A stretch of 64,000 nt of DNA from the human T2T-CHM13v2.0 reference genome, Homo sapiens. The translations under genes and the position numbers were made by a program. A model generated the notes under the pieces. It saw only the letters and a program-made list of their open reading frames with translations, was not told where the DNA came from and did no database searches. Shown here piece by piece: positions 55,808 through 64,000 of the stretch (its first letter is position 1; every line of letters starts with the position of its first letter). The stretch lies in NCBI RefSeq assembly GCF_009914755.1, contig NC_060941.1. One strand, 5' to 3'.

Positions 55808-57312
55808 GGTGGAGATTATTTTTTAACATCTTCATGCATCACTTTTCCAGTTAAAAATAATAAAATTCTTGTATATGTGTGGCAGGTTTTGGTGCAAAAA
55901 AAGAGGATAATATTGTGATTTTTGTGTCCTTTCTTCATGTCCCTCCAGTAGGATGGCTTTCCAGAGGCTTCCATTCCTCACTCCGTGACTTAATCGACTA
56001 TGAGCTTGGACAAGTGTGGTGGAGATAATGAGGATATGAGATAACTTCATAGTTATTTGAAGATTGGGTGAGAAAATCCACAAAAAGCATTCAGCACATG
56101 GCAATACTCAGTGAAGGCTATTTTCCTCAACTACAGGAGCTTTTTCCTTTGATCTATTTCTTGATCTACCTGTCCTCCTGATGGGACACTCCCTACCCTG
56201 GGAACACTGGAAACAGTTTGGCAAGTGGCTTCCCGGGCCGGAAACAGTGACTCATTGGCATCTGGAATACAGAGGTTTCCAGAACAATCCCACTAGCACC
56301 AGCTAAAATCTATGTCTAGGGATTGGCAGAGAGGAGGGGCCCTGGCAAGTAGACCCCCTTTCCTAGAAACCTCTTTCCTTTGATGCCAGGGAACATTTGC
56401 CAAGAAATGGCCATAGGTCTGCCACCTGCACTCAGTGTCAACAGGGAACTTCCTTGATGATTAATGTAGGAAATGTGGGGCAAACGTCAACTACACTTCC
56501 CGACTGAAAACTAAAAGTGTTCGCTGAAAGTCAAAGTAGAAGGAAAAAAGCATATGAGGTGCCAAACCAATTTCCAGGAACTTCTCCAGGATCTAGCTTT
56601 AGGCAAAGAAAAACGACTTGTTCTAGAAACAGTTTCCTTATCCGATGGAAATAAAATGACAGGCTATGAGCATGATGTTTCTTAGTCTCTCCTGATACCT
56701 CCATCTGGTGAGGAACTTTTATTATCCCTAAGCCACCTGTGACATTATACCTGGACCTAAGTTTCAAATTCTCTGCTATCTTAGCACTTTTCAAGCTCTT
56801 AGATTTCCTGTTATCTCCAGAGGGGCCCATTCTACTGGTCTCTTGTTTGAGAAAAAGAGAAACTGGGAGAAAGAGTTGTTCTTTTCTCTTGAATTTCTGC
56901 CAAGGTTTTATTTCATTAATTGACAATGGATGTGCCATGCAGATCCAGCCACAGGGACATATCACCGCCCTAAGCCCCCACAACTTCTGCACCCTCCACC
57001 CAAACACACATCACCAAAAGCTGTATAAGGCACAGCAGGAAACTAGCAAGAAGGAGGAGAGACAGACACAGACAGAGATCGCACAGAGACAGTGGGACAG
57101 AGATGGGGACGGAGCAACCTACTCCACACAGTTTCCAAAACCAAGTGCAATGTATATTTACACTGACCCAGCAGGCAGACGCTGAAGCTAGTCTTTTTCA
57201 GGTATGCTCAGAGCATAGTAGTGGCGTCAGTGGACCTAGCAGCTGCAGCCAGCTGGGCACACCATCCCCCACCGCCCTCTCCCAAATGGATGAATGGTCC
57301 CCAAGCACTCAC

Positions 57313-57831
57313 CTCCTTGTCCCTGCGGGCTGCATCCAGGGAGACTATGGTGTGGCCACTGTGCTCCTGGCAACAGTCCTGGCAGATGCACTGCTGATCA
57401 GGGCAGCAGAAGGCAGACAGTGGGCTGTGGTGGGCAGGGCAGTATCGCCAGTTGTGGTCCTTCACTGGCTCGGTCAGCAGGTGGCTTTGCAGTTTGATGT
57501 TCACCTGATGCGGCTGCAAGTGCTCTTCACAGTAATTCACCATGCAGGTTAGACAGGACTTCACTGCCTTCACTCTTCTGGTGTCATCAAGGCAGAAGTC
57601 ACACAGGACCTCTTTCCCCTCACCAGCAGGATCCCCCTGCTCTGCAGAGTCGCTGTCCTGTTCCTCCGTCTCCCTGCCAAGCTTCTCCGAGGAGCCCACG
57701 TCCTCTTCTTCCACTGGGCTGGCTGACCCAGAATCTGGGCTGGGTGACCCAGAGTCTGGGCTGAGAGGGGCTGGGGGCTGAGCAGTGGCCCTGGGCAGTG
57801 GCCCTGGAGCCATTAGATCCAACTCAGCCAT
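57313..57831 (-). CDS. TRIM16: TRIM16 first coding exon (aa 1-173: acidic/Pro-rich N-terminus, B-box 1 and B-box 2)
   Basis: [13 protein letters not shown]...CDFCLDD...[12 protein letters not shown]...[23 protein letters not shown]...H matches recalled TRIM16; ATG at 57829-57831; donor GAG|GTGAGT at 57312; 519 nt, phase 0. Confidence 0.97.
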
Positions 57832-58168
57832 CTGGGAGGCTCTGCTCCTAGGCTGTCTTTCTTCTGTCCCTTGGCCCAGGATCTGTGCAGCCCAAGTCAG
57901 ACAAGAGAACCACGCCTAGATGATTGCAGCTGCTGCAAGATTTTAACTGTTTCCTCCCTCCCAGAGGAAGCTCGGCCACTCATTACTGTGTGCTGGCGCT
58001 GGATGGCAGCCAGATGCGATGACGACAAGGCAGCTAGAGTACTCAGGCTCAGGACAGCCGGCTCAGGCTCAGGCTGCCTCCCCAGGTCCAGCCCTGAAAC
58101 TTCTATTCTTATGTGAATCATCTGAACCCCATAGGCTCTGCTGAAGACCACGTGTCTCTGTGCCTGCT
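57832..58168 (-). other. TRIM16: 5'UTR portion of the TRIM16 first coding exon
   Basis: Acceptor tgtcctttccAG| at 58169-58170 with pyrimidine tract; further upstream non-coding exons and the main promoter not identified in this window. Confidence 0.75.
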
Positions 58169-58272
58169 CTGGAAAGGACAGAAGATTCCTGAGCTCTGTT
58201 ATAAGCCTGTGTGGCTTTGTGTGGTCTGACAAGCGACATTTTTTTTTTGTTTTCATTTTTAAAGAGAAGTAA

Positions 58273-58983
<711 letters not shown>

Positions 58984-59183
58984 GGATGCATACTTCTGAT
59001 GCTGACTTTTCCATATCATCTTCCTGAACATTCCAGTAATGTCCGTCACACTCGTGGAGATGAACATCACGTGGGTACTCAGTGGAGATCAGGAGGGTCA
59101 GGGAAGACTTGTCTCCTTCCACAGAATGCTCCCTTCAGGTTAACAGCCCTTTTGCCCACTTAACGAAACATTCCTAGACATGG

Positions 59184-59612
59184 TGTTATAGTTGAGACAC
59201 TTGTTCCCACAAACCTCATGCTGAGATTTGATCCCCAATACTGGAGGTGGGGCCTGGTGGGAGGTGTTTGGGTCATAGGGGTGGATCCCTCATGAACGGC
59301 TCGGTGCCATCCCCACAGTGATGAGTGAGTTCTCGTTCTATCAATATTAGCTGCCACAAGATCTGATTGTTAAAAAAGAGCCTGGCACCACCCCCTCTCT
59401 TAATTCCTCTCTCTCCATGTGACCTGCCCACTCCAGCTCCCCTACCCCTTCCACTGTGGATGGAAGCGGCCTGAGGCCCTCACCAGAAGCAGATGCCAGC
59501 ACCATGCTTCTTGTACAGCCTGCAAAACCGTGAGCCAAAAGATCTGTTTTCTTTATACGTTACCCCCACCCCCTCAGGTATTCCTTTACAGCAACACAAA
59601 CACAGTAAGACG
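59184..59612 (+). mobile_element. MaLR LTR (MST-like)
   Basis: tttgatccccaat.ctggaggtggggcctggtgggagg...cctcaggtattcctttacagcaac. Confidence 0.75.
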
Positions 59613-59616
59613 CATG

Positions 59617-59982
59617 GTGTGTGAGCTTGCCAGGGCTGCCATAGCAAAGAACCATACACTGGTTGGCTTCAACAACAGAAACTCATTTCCTCACAGTTCT
59701 AGAAGCTGGATCAAGTCACTGGCAGGGATGCTTTCTTCTGAGGCCTCTCTCCTTGGCTTGCAGATGGCTTCTCCTATGTCTTCACATGGTCTTCCCTTTG
59801 TACGTATCTGTGTCCTAATCTCCTCTTCTTATAAGAACACCAGTAAGACTAGATTAGGGCCCACCCTCAATTACCTGTTTAAAGACTTTCTCCCCAAATA
59901 CAGTCACATCTGAGGTATTAAGGGCAAAGATTTCAACATACACATTTGTAGGGGAAGGAGACACAATTCAGCCCGTAACACA
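59617..59982 (-). mobile_element. MaLR LTR (MLT1-like)
   Basis: agggctgccata...cctcacagttctagaagctg...gacacaattcagccc. Confidence 0.75.
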
Positions 59983-60657
59983 CGGTCAGGGCATGAGCTT
60001 GGAAGCCTCTAGCTCCTTAGAAGAAAGAGGCTGCGAGGCATGACCCCTGGACGGGGGTACACAGTGTACCCAGCGTTTGCAGATGGATACAAAGGAATCC
60101 AGGATTATTCCAGGGTACCTGAACCCCAAATTCTAGAGCTTTCTACAGTTTTCCCTGGGATTATTTAATCAGATACATTTGAACTCAAATGAATTTGGAA
60201 GGCGAATGGAAGAGAGAGAGATTGGGTGGAGGGGGAGGGGTCAGATCCACCTAGCCCCAGGGATCAGGCATTAGGATGGTTCCAAGATATTACACTCCCT
60301 ATGGCTCTGCATCCCTGCGGTGAGTTCTATAGGATTTGGATTAAACTAAATAAACACAGGGATGTTTCTTGTCACTGACTAGTACTTTTCAGAAATCCGA
60401 GAGACCTAGTGACTACTCAGAGTTAGAAGGCACCGAAGACTTTACAAATTCATTCCAGACACAGTGCTGTTTATTTTCAACCACGCATAGAATACGCATA
60501 AGTAGCCCTTTTTAGCGATGTAACGTTTCCTCACTGTCCCTGTCCTGACTGCCCTCTTCCACTGCTGAAGACCCTCAGGAGAGGTTTCCTTCTTTCTGAT
60601 CCTGGCCAGGGTCAGAAACATGCATCCTATTCCTAGCTGCCTCAGGTCCAGTTCTAC

Positions 60658-61148
60658 TGGAAAAGGAATTAAAAGAAATTAAAGAACGTGTAAGCAAAAA
60701 TTCATTGTATGTAAGAAAACCCAATTCCCCCTGAGGAAGAGAAAGAGCTGAAGTCCTTTAAAAATTAACTGCTTGTTTTTCTGTGGCCAGTGAGCCTTTT
60801 CTCTCCCTTTCCCAGGCATTGTGAAGACGCTGTTTCTCTAGCTCTGCAGCTGCAAGGTCACTAGGCAGATAAACTCAAGTTGTAAAACATGTTTTTTCCT
60901 TGAAAAGTAAGAAATGATGTAATGCATGTCTTAATTGAATAACTGTCTTTGTTTCTCGCTTCTGTAATATGCTTCCCCCTGCACAGATCTCCCCCTGCCC
61001 CATAAAATGCTTAAAAGGTAACCAGACTATTTGTTCGGGCTCAGTCTTTTTGGATGTTAATCTGACTGGGCCAGTGCACCTAAATAATAAATAATAAGTA
61101 TCCTCCTCAATCCCTTGGTCTCTTTGATTCCTTAATTATCCCACAGCA
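60658..61148 (+). mobile_element. ERV1 solo LTR, LTR15-like
   Basis: TG...CA termini, near-TSD ctac/ctat, AATAAA near the 3' end; resembles recalled LTR15 consensus. Confidence 0.7.
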
Positions 61149-61770
61149 CTATGAGATGGGGAAAGATGAATAGCTGTCCCGTCATTGAAGTCCTTATATT
61201 TTGAGTCCTTTTTAAAAATTGAAAAAAAAAAATGTAGCTTGTCAGAGACCACACAAAGCCATACAGGCTTCTGTCAGAGCTCTGGAATTTAATTTCATGG
61301 TTTTCATGTCTCCAGCCAGGAGGACTGGCTTCTCCCAGTCCAGACCATTGTCAGTGTTTTCTCCAGTATTAATGGACAGGTGGCTTTCCTTTTAATCCCT
61401 TTTTCAGAGTGACCTGGTACTGGAGGCTGAACTGGTCCACCCGCATACCATAGGGCCTCTGATCTCTCTGAGAATGGGGAAGAAAAGGTAGTTGCCCTGC
61501 CTGGCCCTTTCTACAGCTTCAGTAGAAATCAGAAGGCATACATCCTGCTTGGGTTTCCACGTGGCTCACTTCTTCCTCATTCCTTCCCTCCCTATCTCAT
61601 TCCCACCCTTTCTTCTCTCATGAATTGTTTCATACCTGCTTCTCTATGGCTAACCCTTTTAGAGCAGTTCATGGGAGTGCTCAGCCCTTCATCAATGCCC
61701 CACTGAAGTCCTGAGCTAGCAGACATTCCACAGTGGTGTGGAAAACAGGAAATGGGAATGTGGGCCCTAG

Positions 61771-63946
<2,176 letters not shown>

Positions 63947-64000
63947 CACACCTGGAGTCTGCATTCAACAGAAATCCCAACCTCCAAACTTAAGAATTGA

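Noticed and set aside
56531-57185. 158-aa and 148-aa overlapping intronic ORFs
   Set aside because: No homology I recognise and no supporting splice structure

Overview
Human (primate) genomic DNA, Alu-dense, from the 17p12 segmental-duplication region next to the proximal CMT1A-REP (locus assignment recalled from the proteins, not from a search). Two multi-exon genes lie in tandem on the minus strand. (1) TRIM16 (EBBP): six coding exons at 57313-57831, 48943-49038, 42258-42491, 38731-38896, 37841-37936 and 34837-35420 sum to 1695 nt (564 aa; B-boxes, coiled coil, PRY-SPRY, no RING), with a poly(A) signal at 34203-34208. (2) FBXW10B/CDRT1 (F-box/WD40): coding exons 1-10 run from 25734 down to 970, all GT-AG and frame-consistent; the gene continues off the left edge. 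The rest is interspersed repeat: about 50 Alus (some nested), a 5'-truncated SVA_F-like insertion with a target-site duplication (TSD), several solo LTRs (LTR15-, MER4-, MER41-, MER21-, MST-, MLT-like), L1/L2/L3/MIR fossils and DNA-transposon fragments. Most interesting: an in-frame TRIM16 to FBXW10B read-through junction that would swap PRY-SPRY for F-box+WD40; two tandem DSGxxS (beta-TrCP-type) degrons in the TRIM16 N-terminus; a stop-free 90-nt intron inside the F-box; two candidate poison exons; and a candidate internal ARE promoter. Repeat family names come from recalled consensus similarity and repeat boundaries are approximate.
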